A stretch of DNA of 64,000 nt, taken from NCBI GenBank assembly GCA_020723065.1, contig DYJP01000003.1, positions 195-64,194 of the forward strand, given 5' to 3'. The DNA comes from Candidatus Micrarchaeum sp. GTDB taxonomy: Archaea; Micrarchaeota; Micrarchaeia; CABMEP01. Both the position numbers and the translations under genes were made by a program. The number at the start of each line of letters is the position of its first letter. Within the stretch, counting starts at the first letter, position 1. The notes beneath the pieces are model-generated. The model was not told the DNA's origin and searched no databases. It saw nothing but the letters and a program-made list of their open reading frames with translations. Positions 19,121 through 27,709 of this stretch are shown here, in pieces.

Positions 19121-19291
19121 TCAACCGAACTTCTTGAATCCGATCGACTCTCCGATCTCTCTGAAACATCTCCTACAAATGTTAAGATTGTACTTCCTTA
19201 TTATGCCTCTAGAAGTCCCGCAGATCTTGCACTTCCTTACTCCTTTCCCACGGTATCTTACTTCTATCGGTCTCTTACTTGTCTTATTCAT
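19121..19291 (-). CDS. rps14: 30S ribosomal protein uS14 (zinc-binding short type)
   Basis: 56-aa ORF below the track cutoff: MNKTSKRPIEVRYRGKGVRKCKICGTSRGIIRKYNLNICRRCFREIGESIGFKKFG (CxxC...CxxC). AGGTGA lies 6 nt upstream. It overlaps the rpl5 stop by 8 nt and sits in the expected slot between uL5 and uS8. Confidence 0.9.
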   Translation of the reverse strand: MNKTSKRPIEVRYRGKGVRKCKICGTSRGIIRKYNLNICRRCFREIGESIGFKKFG

Positions 19292-19790
19292 ATATATTCA
19301 CCTTGAATTTTTCTTTGAGGAATTGCTCTGTCTCCTCAGGTGTAACTTTGTGAGTTGGCCTTATTTTAGACGGAAGTCTCCTTCTCAGGCTTACTCTCCT
19401 TCCTGGCCTTGTTATCGTTGCACAAACATCGAATCCGACAATACCTATTGTCGGATCGTATTTCATCCCCGGAAAATCAATGTACTCCTTTATTCCGAAT
19501 GCAAAATTTCCATCTCTGTCTATTGAGCGCTTGTTGAGCCTGTAATCAACTGCATTGAACGCATTGTTGAGAAACGTCTCTGCTGTCTTTCCTCTCAATG
19601 TAACCTTGACACCAATCGTTTCTCCCTTTTTAATTCCGAAAGACTGAACTCTCTTCCTTGCCTTAGTCATTGCTGCAGTCTTTCCTGTAATCTTCTCGAG
19701 AATTGTTTTTGCTTTCTTAAGTCGCTCTCCGGATTCTCCCGCACCTATGTTTACAGTAACCTTTTCAAGTTTCAATTCACGCATGTTCAT
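19284..19790 (-). CDS. rpl5: 50S ribosomal protein uL5
   Basis: L5 sequence (KVTVNIGAGESGERL...), plus operon position. The ATG at 19790 follows GTGAT. Confidence 0.9.
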   Translation of the reverse strand: MNMRELKLEKVTVNIGAGESGERLKKAKTILEKITGKTAAMTKARKRVQSFGIKKGETIGVKVTLRGKTAETFLNNAFNAVDYRLNKRSIDRDGNFAFGIKEYIDFPGMKYDPTIGIVGFDVCATITRPGRRVSLRRRLPSKIRPTHKVTPEETEQFLKEKFKVNIYE

Positions 19791-19836
19791 AATAATCACT
19801 TCACGGACATTTGTCCTTTCATAACAAACTATAAGA

Positions 19837-20523
19837 TTATATGAAACCCTCCTTCACCGGAAATAGATATTCTTTCAAGGTGATTGCTGGTTTTCCATCT
19901 TCAAGCTCTCCATGGATTTCGCTCTTCCTTGTCGCTGATCCATCAATTATCTCGCTGACCTTGATTAGACTTCCGACTTTCTTCCCTCCTATTAAGAAAC
20001 AAAGCGCGTTCTTCTGGAGCGCGATCTTACCAATAGCCTTTCCTTCTGGAATCGAGACCTCTACAGTGTCTCCAGGCTTTGCGTCGAATCCAATGATGTT
20101 CTTTCCGTCATGGAGAGTGAGTTGCATCTTTCCGCCCTTAATCTTCATCTTATTGACAACCTTGCAAAGCTTGACTGAAGGCTTGGATGTCGACTTGAAA
20201 ACTATCCTTCCTTTCTGGTCAAATACCGCCCTCCAGCTTTCCTTGTCAACTGTAATAACATCCATGAATCCTACTGGATCTTTCTCTTCTGTTTTAGGAA
20301 CTCCATCGATTAAAACCTTCCTTGTATTAAGGATATGCTTTGCCTCCTTTGCTGTCTTAGCGAAGCCCAAACTGATGATTGCATGCACAAGTGAGATAGA
20401 CTTAAACTTGGAATGTCTTCCAGGTAACGGGTTGATCACCCATGTTAGCTCCTTTCTCGGCATGCCAAAAGACTTCGGCATTGCAATTCTTTTCATATGT
20501 TTTGTTCCACTTTTTTTCGCCAT
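19837..20523 (-). CDS. rps4e: 30S ribosomal protein eS4
   Basis: MAKKSGTKHMKRIAMPKSFGMPRKELTWVINPLPGRHS is a typical S4e N-terminus. Confidence 0.9.
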   Translation of the reverse strand: MAKKSGTKHMKRIAMPKSFGMPRKELTWVINPLPGRHSKFKSISLVHAIISLGFAKTAKEAKHILNTRKVLIDGVPKTEEKDPVGFMDVITVDKESWRAVFDQKGRIVFKSTSKPSVKLCKVVNKMKIKGGKMQLTLHDGKNIIGFDAKPGDTVEVSIPEGKAIGKIALQKNALCFLIGGKKVGSLIKVSEIIDGSATRKSEIHGELEDGKPAITLKEYLFPVKEGFI

Positions 20524-20582
20524 AAAAATCACTTGTTTTGAAATTCAATTCATAATCACGATACAAACCACTGTTATCCTAT

Positions 20583-20861
20583 TCAATTAATTCCGATCTC
20601 CTTCTTCACAACCGAATACGAATTTGACGCCGGTTCAAAGAACTTCCTACTTACAAAGAGAAGTTTCCTTCCCTTTACATCATTCGAAAAATCCTGGTTT
20701 TTCAAAATGTATCTCTTAAACAGCCTTTCCTCTATTATGAAACCATTAAATTTTCTATATGCACTTGCGTCTATCGATGTTGCAGAAACCTTTGCTTTCG
20801 GCCCGGAGATCCTGCTCCTGAGGTTCTCCATGTTCCTGACGCGCTCTCTAATTATTCCCAT
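20583..20861 (-). CDS. hypothetical protein (92 aa) inserted between rpl24 and rps4e
   Basis: The ORF fills an otherwise unexplained 340-nt gap in a tightly packed operon. The ATG at 20861 is preceded by GGTG 8 nt upstream. The sequence MGIIRERVRNMENLRSRISGPKAKVSATS...RKLLFVSRKFFEPASNSYSVVKKEIGIN matches nothing I recognise. Confidence 0.5.
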   Translation of the reverse strand: MGIIRERVRNMENLRSRISGPKAKVSATSIDASAYRKFNGFIIEERLFKRYILKNQDFSNDVKGRKLLFVSRKFFEPASNSYSVVKKEIGIN

Positions 20862-20876
20862 TACCAACACCTGAAA

Positions 20877-21203
20877 TTACTTTCTCTCCGTCATCTCCAC
20901 TATCATAACGTTGGAAGGCTCGATCGGGACAAAAACTTCCTTTCCGTTCATCTTCTTCTGGGTCATTCCCTCTACGAAGATCTTTGCAAGCGAAAGGTCT
21001 ACCTTGGTGACCTTTCCTTCCTTGCCCTTAAACTTTCCCCTAAGGACCTTGACTTTGTCTCCCTTCTTTATCTGCACCGCTCTCTTCTTAGTTTTCTCTC
21101 TGAGCTCCTTGCTCAAGTGAACGTGCACAAAATGCTTCCTTAAATGTAATGGTGCGGTGAACCTGAATTTTCTCTGGGTTCTTGGCTTAATCGATTTCAT
21201 CAT
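20877..21203 (-). CDS. rpl24: 50S ribosomal protein uL24
   Basis: KOW motif [24 protein letters not shown]. The ATG at 21203 follows AGGTG. Confidence 0.9.
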   Translation of the reverse strand: MMKSIKPRTQRKFRFTAPLHLRKHFVHVHLSKELREKTKKRAVQIKKGDKVKVLRGKFKGKEGKVTKVDLSLAKIFVEGMTQKKMNGKEVFVPIEPSNVMIVEMTERK

Positions 21204-21225
21204 ATGAACACCTATAATTATTAGA

Positions 21226-21624
21226 TTATATGATTGACCAGGCAATTCCTGCTACCTTCGGGTATCGATCCACAATTTCTCTCGCGACTACCCCCTTGAT
21301 TTCGGTTCCCTTCGGAAGGCCTGCATCGTCTATGAGGGCGCATGCATTGTCCTCAAACATGATTCTCATTCCATTCGCCCTTCTGAACGGCTTTCTCTGC
21401 CTTATTATGAGGGCCTTCTCCACCTTCTTGATCATCTGTGGGGAACCCTTCTTGACTACAACTATTGCCACGTCGCCGATTCCTACGCTCGGCAACCTGT
21501 TCCTCTTTGTCGGAGCCTTGAGCATACCCATAATCTGAACCACCTTAGCGCCGCTGTTGTCGTCGCAATTGATGACCGCGCCTACTGGCAATGATCTTGG
21601 AACTTTTGATTGCAGTGCCTTCAT
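21226..21624 (-). CDS. rpl14: 50S ribosomal protein uL14
   Basis: [17 protein letters not shown]...[23 protein letters not shown] is typical of L14. Confidence 0.95.
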   Translation of the reverse strand: MKALQSKVPRSLPVGAVINCDDNSGAKVVQIMGMLKAPTKRNRLPSVGIGDVAIVVVKKGSPQMIKKVEKALIIRQRKPFRRANGMRIMFEDNACALIDDAGLPKGTEIKGVVAREIVDRYPKVAGIAWSII

Positions 21625-21649
21625 AAATTTCACCCATATATAATGAATA

Positions 21650-21967
21650 TTACTCCTTTCTATCTGTCTTCTTCACGATCTCGGTAACAGTCCATGTCTT
21701 TGTCCTGCTGAGCTTTCTGCACTCACCAATCTTGACCTTATCTCCTACTTGTGCATTTATACACGACGGGTTGTGGGCCGCATATCGAGATCTCGTCTTA
21801 GCGTATCTCTTGTATTTTGTAAGATAAATGAGCCTCGGTCTCTCGACTATTGCAGTCTTCTTCGCCTTTGTGCTTACGACTGTGCCGATTAAGACCTGTC
21901 CCCTAACTTTAACGTTTCCATGAATGAAACATTTTGGATCCCCACAATTTTCGTTTGTCTTTACCAT
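21650..21967 (-). CDS. rps17: 30S ribosomal protein uS17
   Basis: S17 OB-fold sequence (GTVVSTKAKKTAIVERPRLIYLTKYKRY...VGDKVKIGECRKLSRTKTW). Confidence 0.9.
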   Translation of the reverse strand: MVKTNENCGDPKCFIHGNVKVRGQVLIGTVVSTKAKKTAIVERPRLIYLTKYKRYAKTRSRYAAHNPSCINAQVGDKVKIGECRKLSRTKTWTVTEIVKKTDRKE

Positions 21968-22003
21968 TCAATCAACCATTTTAAGCATATTAGCTTGAAT
22001 TTA

Positions 22004-22291
22004 TTATTCCAACCTTATCTTTTTCGGACGTTCTTCGGGAAGATATAAAATCTTCGACCCCTCTACTTCGATGCGCTCGCTTCCTTTCTTGAAGAGGAAT
22101 GTCGCGCCCTTCTTGGGGACTGTCACTTCCTTTCCGTCCTTTTTCTCTATCCTGAAGGTGTTCCTGGTCTCGTCCACAACGAGCCCGGAAATACCGATCC
22201 GTTCCGGAGAGCCGCTGTTCTTCACAGATACTTCCAGACCGATATATTCGATCATGTACTTCTCATTGCCCTTGTATATTTTCGGTACCAT
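22004..22291 (-). CDS. rnp1: RNase P protein component 1 (Rpp29/Pop4)
   Basis: IGLEVSVKNSGSPERIGISGLVVDETRNTFRIE... is the Rpp29 signature. It lies in the conserved position between sui1 and rps17. Confidence 0.8.
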   Translation of the reverse strand: MVPKIYKGNEKYMIEYIGLEVSVKNSGSPERIGISGLVVDETRNTFRIEKKDGKEVTVPKKGATFLFKKGSERIEVEGSKILYLPEERPKKIRLE

Positions 22292-22311
22292 CACACCAAC
22301 ATTATCATGAT

Positions 22312-22674
22312 TTATCTCTTCGTCACGAAGATGTTCTCTTCCGGATATCCGATGGACACGAGAAGCTTCTTTATCTTCGTTCCATGATCTCCCTGCAGAA
22401 TGATCTGGTCATCCTTCACAGTTCCTCCGCATGCGAGCGACTGTTTGAGCTGCTTTCCAACCCGCTCGATTGAATTCTTCTCAACTCCATTGATCACAGT
22501 CACCCATTTCCTGAATTTTGCTTTTGTTATGGTAACCTTGATCTTCTGCGCGGTTTCCTTTTCCAATGCCACGCACGAGCATAAGTCTTTCGGGAGTCCG
22601 CATCCGGAACATATGTCTCCGATCAGTTTGTGCATCCCGCACGTGGGGCATATATTGTCAACCGTTTTTTCCAC
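22312..22674 (-). CDS. sui1: translation initiation factor aSUI1 (eIF1 homologue)
   Basis: An N-terminal Cys cluster CPTCG...CSGCGLPKDLCSC, followed by a SUI1 domain (KVTITKAKFRKWVTVINGV...LACGGTVKDDQIILQGDH). GTG start. Confidence 0.85.
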   Translation of the reverse strand: MEKTVDNICPTCGMHKLIGDICSGCGLPKDLCSCVALEKETAQKIKVTITKAKFRKWVTVINGVEKNSIERVGKQLKQSLACGGTVKDDQIILQGDHGTKIKKLLVSIGYPEENIFVTKR

Positions 22675-22700
22675 CTTTTTTTAATTTCATCCCAGCAAAA

Positions 22701-22961
22701 TCAATTTGACTTTGGCTGTTTTGCGGGCTTAGCTTTTGCCTTCGGTGCTTCCTTCTTGGAGACCAAATCGAGCTGCTTTGCCCTTATGAACGTGTTCATT
22801 CTCGCGATAGTCTTCCTTATTGTCCTTATCTTGCCGTAGTTTCTTGACTTTCCTCCGGCTGAAGACTTTGTGCTGTACTCTACGCTGAGCTCTCTCTCAA
22901 GATCCTTGATCTTAGAGCTCATTTCTTCAGGAGTCATGCTGCGAATATCTTTTACCTTCAT
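22701..22961 (-). CDS. rpl29: 50S ribosomal protein uL29 with Lys-rich C-terminal tail
   Basis: MKVKDIRSMTPEEMSSKIKDLERELS is a typical L29 start. The tail is KKEAPKAKAKPAKQPKSN. Confidence 0.9.
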   Translation of the reverse strand: MKVKDIRSMTPEEMSSKIKDLERELSVEYSTKSSAGGKSRNYGKIRTIRKTIARMNTFIRAKQLDLVSKKEAPKAKAKPAKQPKSN

Positions 22962-22988
22962 AATATCACTTTGATCGATTTAGAATCA

Positions 22989-23693
22989 TTACTTCCTTCT
23001 TCTCGGAGCCCTCTCCGGCTTCTTCTCCTCTTGTGCTACCGGGACTTCCTCATTATATTCCTTCTTCTCCTCTGAGTACTTCAAGACGTTCGGAAGCGTC
23101 ACTTGCTTCGCAATCTTATCTGGGAAGACTGCTGTCGGAGGTGCAATGGAGACTCTTACGTTAATTGCTCCGTACTTCGGTCTTGCAGTCACCTGGGCCT
23201 TCCTTATCTGCCTAACGACCTCTCCGGCTTTCGGCAGGTATCCCCATGCGACACGCATGCTCCTTGCCTTGGCGCCCTTCGCTGCGATCTTTCCACCTAC
23301 GACTATTTCTGCGCCAAGAGCTCCTGCGTCAATTATCCTCTTGAGAGATGAATGTATAAGCGCCCTGAGCGGCTTGCCTGACTCGATGTTCTTCGCTATC
23401 GAGTATGCTATGAGGCGCGGCTCGAGGTCTATCTTCTCGACTGGAACGACTGCTATCTGCGGGTCGTTGACCTTGAATTCCTGCTGGATTGAATCAGTAA
23501 GGAACTTTATAGACTTTCCCTTCTTTCCTATAAGCCTCCCAGGGTTCGCAACCTCAACAGTTATCCTTGTGACCATTGGGGTCCGCTGGATTGTGACGTT
23601 ACTGAATCCGACCCGCTCGAGCTTCTCCTTTAGAAAGTTAGCGATCTGGTATCTTGTAACAGAATCCTCAATGAATTTTCTCTCGATTGCCAT
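22989..23693 (-). CDS. rps3: 30S ribosomal protein uS3
   Basis: KH domain (GRLIGKKGKSIKFLTD), operon position and a GGAGTGAT SD. Confidence 0.95.
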   Translation of the reverse strand: MAIERKFIEDSVTRYQIANFLKEKLERVGFSNVTIQRTPMVTRITVEVANPGRLIGKKGKSIKFLTDSIQQEFKVNDPQIAVVPVEKIDLEPRLIAYSIAKNIESGKPLRALIHSSLKRIIDAGALGAEIVVGGKIAAKGAKARSMRVAWGYLPKAGEVVRQIRKAQVTARPKYGAINVRVSIAPPTAVFPDKIAKQVTLPNVLKYSEEKKEYNEEVPVAQEEKKPERAPRRRK

Positions 23694-23719
23694 TTAATCA
23701 CTCCATTATGAAAATATGC

Positions 23720-24388
23720 CTACTCTTTCTTCTCCTCTGCGGGCTTCGCCTTCTTAGGCTTTGAAACCTTCGGCTTTTCTGCTTCGATAAGCTTGGCTTC
23801 CTTCGCCTCCTTGACGACCTCCTCGGTCTTCTCGTCGACTGTCGCTTCGATCTTCTTTGTCATCTCAGCTGCCTCGGCCTTGACCTTCGCGTTGTGCTGG
23901 ATCTTTTCCTTCTGTTGTTTAAGAAGCTCCGCATTCTCTTCGCCTGCGAGTATGATCTCCACTCTTGCCGTCTCGTAGTTGGCTCTCATCTGCCTTCCCT
24001 TGGACTGCAATCTCGGATAAACAGTCTGCTTGTTGGCTGCGGAATGTATTATCACCAGGTTGTCAAGTCCCTTTCCTGTCGCATTTGCGATTGCATTATT
24101 AAGGACCCCTAAAACGAACTTGGCTGCCTTGACCGGATATCTTCCTTTCCTACCATTAAGCTCCTTCCTGTGACCGAGATGCCTGTTCCATCTCCTATAC
24201 TGAACAGGAAACCCTTCAAGGACTGCATTAAGATAGTCAACACCCTCCTGCGCCGGCATATCTCTTATATTGTCGCACACCGCACAAAGATCCTTGTAAG
24301 ATGCGTCGATGTTATACTGCTGCGCCTTCGCAGTCTGCTTCTCGCTATATTGCGATTTCTTGTTGAAACCATACTGATATTGAGCCAT
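23720..24388 (-). CDS. rpl22: 50S ribosomal protein uL22 with ~65-aa K/E-rich C-terminal extension
   Basis: An L22 core (…RWNRHLGHRKELNGRKGRYPVKAAKFVLGVLNNA…), then the tail AELLKQQKEKIQHNAKVKAEAAEMTKK...KPKKAKPAEEKKE. Confidence 0.9.
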   Translation of the reverse strand: MAQYQYGFNKKSQYSEKQTAKAQQYNIDASYKDLCAVCDNIRDMPAQEGVDYLNAVLEGFPVQYRRWNRHLGHRKELNGRKGRYPVKAAKFVLGVLNNAIANATGKGLDNLVIIHSAANKQTVYPRLQSKGRQMRANYETARVEIILAGEENAELLKQQKEKIQHNAKVKAEAAEMTKKIEATVDEKTEEVVKEAKEAKLIEAEKPKVSKPKKAKPAEEKKE

Positions 24389-24438
24389 AAAAACACCATC
24401 TCATTAAACACAAATACAAAGGATTCGACTGGCGCAAA

Positions 24439-24822
24439 TCACTTGAGCGCCACCGCCTTTGAACCTCTTGTAGCTCCGATACCTGGACCACTGTGAAGAA
24501 CTCTTCCTGTCGTGTGAACGAAATCACCTAATCGGAATCCCACCATGTCAGGCTGAATTACAAGCTGCTTGAACTCTTTTCCTCCATGAACCATGAACTT
24601 CATACCAATCCACTGCGGAAGTATGACTGCCTCTCTAATATGGGTCTTCACTACCTTTGAAGTACCTACCTTCTTGACCTTGAGCAAAAGCTTCTTGTAG
24701 TCCACAGGCATTCTCTTAATGTATCTTCTTGCCCTGGACTCGATCAAATCTGCAAACTCATCAGTAGACATAGCCTGAAGATCCTCGATTGATTTTCCAC
24801 GGAATATAAACTTTCTCGCCAT
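24439..24822 (-). CDS. rps19: 30S ribosomal protein uS19
   Basis: S19 sequence (…VHGGKEFKQLVIQPDMVGFRLGDFVHTTGRVLHSGPG…). Confidence 0.95.
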   Translation of the reverse strand: MARKFIFRGKSIEDLQAMSTDEFADLIESRARRYIKRMPVDYKKLLLKVKKVGTSKVVKTHIREAVILPQWIGMKFMVHGGKEFKQLVIQPDMVGFRLGDFVHTTGRVLHSGPGIGATRGSKAVALK

Positions 24823-24872
24823 TCAATCACTCCAAATACATAATCAATAATGAATATACTAAATATTCTAGG

Positions 24873-25610
24873 TTATACTCTCTTTCTCCTCTTGCCCCTT
24901 CCCACGGAAGCTGCTGCAAGAAGTCCGACCTTCCTTCCCGGCGACGCATTTCTTGCGACGATAGTAGAACGACCAGAGTGGTGCTGCTTACCACCAAACG
25001 GATGATCGTACACAGACATTGCAACCCCCCTAACTTTCGGCCAGTATCTCGCAGTTGAAGAAACCATGTGATACTTCTTTCCTGCCTTGAAGATTGGCCT
25101 TATAAGCCTTCCTCCGACGGAAATAAGACCGAGTTGCGCTCTGCAATTAGCATCGAATATTTTTACCTTCTTTGAAGGCAATGAAACATAAACTTCATTT
25201 TCTGTATGTGAAATGATGGTCGCAGAATTTCCTGCAGATCTTACCATCTTTCCTCCGTCACCCGGAACTAGCTCGATGTTGTAAACCAACATTCCGTCTG
25301 GTATCTTCGAAAGCGGAAGTACATTTCCGAGTTTTATCCCTGCCGCGGCTCCGAATTCTATCTCATCACCTATAGCAATTCCTTCCGGAGCAAGCATGGA
25401 AATGAGATTTCCATTCTCATCTTTAACATTCATGAGCAATCCGCTGTGAGCTGGATTGTTGAAAAACTTAACGACTGTTCCCTTGACCGCCGCTGTCTTC
25501 TCCTTCTCATCGTAATTTCTAAATCCAACTTTTGCGCTAAATTTGTGAGATGGTGCAGTGAATGCCGGAGAACCTTTTCCTCTTCTCTGTTGATTAAGCA
25601 TTTTTCCCAT
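24873..25610 (-). CDS. rpl2: 50S ribosomal protein uL2
   Basis: L2 sequence (…GGRLIRPIFKAGKKYH…YDHPFGGKQHHSGRSTIVARNASPGRKVG…). Confidence 0.95.
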   Translation of the reverse strand: MGKMLNQQRRGKGSPAFTAPSHKFSAKVGFRNYDEKEKTAAVKGTVVKFFNNPAHSGLLMNVKDENGNLISMLAPEGIAIGDEIEFGAAAGIKLGNVLPLSKIPDGMLVYNIELVPGDGGKMVRSAGNSATIISHTENEVYVSLPSKKVKIFDANCRAQLGLISVGGRLIRPIFKAGKKYHMVSSTARYWPKVRGVAMSVYDHPFGGKQHHSGRSTIVARNASPGRKVGLLAAASVGRGKRRKRV

Positions 25611-25642
25611 AAAAACACCCTATAATCATTCATTAAAATAGA

Positions 25643-25888
25643 TTACAATACCTTTAATTTGGAAGCAAGATCCATTGCTGAGAACTCTTTCTTGAGCTTG
25701 ACGTAGACGATCTTCTTGTTCTGGAAATTGTTCATCACGTTAACTGAATCAATTTTAACCTTATACTCATCCTCTATAAACTTCTTAATCGTCTGCTTAG
25801 TCTGGCTGCTGTCAACCTGGAACAGGATCGTATTGTTCTTAGAGATCTGGTTTATCGCTTTTTCAGTTGTAACAGGATAAATTATCAT
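25643..25888 (-). CDS. rpl23: 50S ribosomal protein uL23
   Basis: MIIYPVTTEKAINQISKNNTILFQVD is a typical L23 start. The ATG at 25888 follows AGGTGA. Confidence 0.9.
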   Translation of the reverse strand: MIIYPVTTEKAINQISKNNTILFQVDSSQTKQTIKKFIEDEYKVKIDSVNVMNNFQNKKIVYVKLKKEFSAMDLASKLKVL

Positions 25889-25911
25889 ATCATTCACCTA
25901 CATAATCTAAA

Positions 25912-26691
25912 TCAAATCTTGCTCACATTCTCAATCGCAGATTTTGTCCAGACTGTAAGCCTGCCCGGAACTCCTCCTGGCGCAAAATCGGAAACCTTCA
26001 TGGAATCCAAGGTAACTACACTGACCCCTGGAAGGTTCCTTGCGGCCTTCATTATCGGAGTCTGTTTTGCAGAGACAATAAGTATAGATCTTGGAGTCTT
26101 CGTTCCTCCGGTTCTACTGTACTTTTTCTTCCTTCCGCTCTTCGCCCTCTCAATATCCTTTGTGAGACTGAGCTTGTCGAAAAGCTTGACTATATCCTTT
26201 GTCTTAGACATTGATGAGCATGAATCGTCAAGCACTATCGGAATCTCTATCTTCGGAAGGACGTGCTTCTTTCCTACTATTTCCTTCTTCGCTGTTGCCG
26301 CGATTGCGGAGAACATTGCTTTCTTCTTCTCTCTCTTGTTTATTCTTTCGATAAGTATTTTCTGCACTTTCGGCGGATGAGCCCTTCTACCCTTAACTGC
26401 CCACGGAACATGTCTTACTCTCCCAATTCTTCCCTTCGGGAAAAGCTCTCTTGGAAGCTTGGCACCTCCTCGATTTTTCAGAGAATGGTAAGCTTCCTTT
26501 CTACCTATGTACCTTGCAGTTGTCTGCATGCCTGCTCTGGGGAAAATACCCTTCGGCTGAAGCGTCTCTGTCTGTTCAGACAAGACTGCCCTTCTTATAA
26601 GGTCTTCTCTTACTTCATTCTCGAAAACTTTCGGCAATTCGATCTTACTCACCGGGGAGCCTTCAGAAGAATACAACGATACATTTGTCAT
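25912..26691 (-). CDS. rpl4: 50S ribosomal protein uL4
   Basis: Archaeal L4/L1e sequence (…GRKEAYHSLKNRGGAKLPRELFPKGRIGRVRHVPWAVKGRRAHPPK…). Confidence 0.9.
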   Translation of the reverse strand: MTNVSLYSSEGSPVSKIELPKVFENEVREDLIRRAVLSEQTETLQPKGIFPRAGMQTTARYIGRKEAYHSLKNRGGAKLPRELFPKGRIGRVRHVPWAVKGRRAHPPKVQKILIERINKREKKKAMFSAIAATAKKEIVGKKHVLPKIEIPIVLDDSCSSMSKTKDIVKLFDKLSLTKDIERAKSGRKKKYSRTGGTKTPRSILIVSAKQTPIMKAARNLPGVSVVTLDSMKVSDFAPGGVPGRLTVWTKSAIENVSKI

Positions 26692-26713
26692 ATTATCACA
26701 ACCTATTCATCTC

Positions 26714-27709
26714 TTAGAACCAAAGCAGCTGCGGCTTCTGTACGCTTGAGTTTCTGAGCGCCTTCCTAAGGAAAACAAATCTCTTCTGTGTTCCCGGAAC
26801 AGAGCCCTTCACGCAAAGGAAGGAAGTCTTTACATCTCCATAATGTGGGTATCCACCTGGAATGTTTGCCTTCTTTGGATCTTCACCTATAATTAATATC
26901 CTGTTGTTGTACTGCGTTCTCCTGTGGAATCCATGCTGGCCCGCCATAGGAACTGTGTACATGACATAGTGGGGGGTCCATGGACCCAATGTACCTAGGT
27001 GCCTTACTCTTCCGGTCGCCTTTGGTCTCTGCTTGTGAATTCCGTGCCTTCGTACAACTCCCTGCCATCCGTGACCTCTTGTCACTGCAACGGCGTCAAC
27101 ATACTCTCCCTCCTCGAAAATCTCTTTAGGAGACACTTCCTTTCCGAGTATAGTCTTCACGTATTCGAGCTGCTTACCGATCTCGTCGCCACCAACTGCG
27201 ATCTCAACCACATCTGCTGTCTTCTTCGGCAGACCTGCTTCTGATGCATTGGTGTACGCCAAAACCGACAAGTATAAATCTGATTTTGCATCATCCTTAA
27301 AGGATGATATCTTCTCTTCGAGCCACTTGATGTCCTTGGTCTCCTTCTTCTCTCCATCCTTCTTTTCTTTCTTCATTCCGAGGATTGATGCAACCTTTGA
27401 TGAAACAGAAAGTGCGTCGCCGATGCATTTTCTTCCGATGAGTGTCTTCTTGTAGAGCCTCGCTCCGAAGACTGAAATCTTCGGCGCCTCCAATATAGTT
27501 ACTGGAACAGTAAGCTCCATACCCTTTGTCGCTGACTGAGAGTCATCTATCATTCCCGCCTGTCTCATTCCAACTTTATAAACCGGATAGCCCAACAGCT
27601 GGACCTTCTCAGTGGATCTCCATGTGGAGATGCGCGGCGTCAAATCGCGTGAACGCTTTCTCGGTTTGAATGCAAGAGAACCTGCTCTTGGCTTAAGAAC
27701 TTTTCCCAT
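26714..27709 (-). CDS. rpl3: 50S ribosomal protein uL3
   Basis: L3 sequence (…TRGHGWQGVVRRHGIHKQRPKATGRVRHLGTLGPWTP…). It is the first gene of the operon. Confidence 0.95.
   Translation of the reverse strand: MGKVLKPRAGSLAFKPRKRSRDLTPRISTWRSTEKVQLLGYPVYKVGMRQAGMIDDSQSATKGMELTVPVTILEAPKISVFGARLYKKTLIGRKCIGDALSVSSKVASILGMKKEKKDGEKKETKDIKWLEEKISSFKDDAKSDLYLSVLAYTNASEAGLPKKTADVVEIAVGGDEIGKQLEYVKTILGKEVSPKEIFEEGEYVDAVAVTRGHGWQGVVRRHGIHKQRPKATGRVRHLGTLGPWTPHYVMYTVPMAGQHGFHRRTQYNNRILIIGEDPKKANIPGGYPHYGDVKTSFLCVKGSVPGTQKRFVFLRKALRNSSVQKPQLLWF

Noticed and set aside
19841-20590. 249-aa + strand ORF
   Set aside because: It is antisense to rps4e. The sequence is Ser/Phe/Leu/Pro low-complexity with no recognisable domain. 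Similar mirror ORFs are rejected for the same reason: 23146..23697 (opposite rps3), 6620..7336 (opposite DP2), 1222..1851 (opposite dxs) and 25919..26757 (opposite rpl4).
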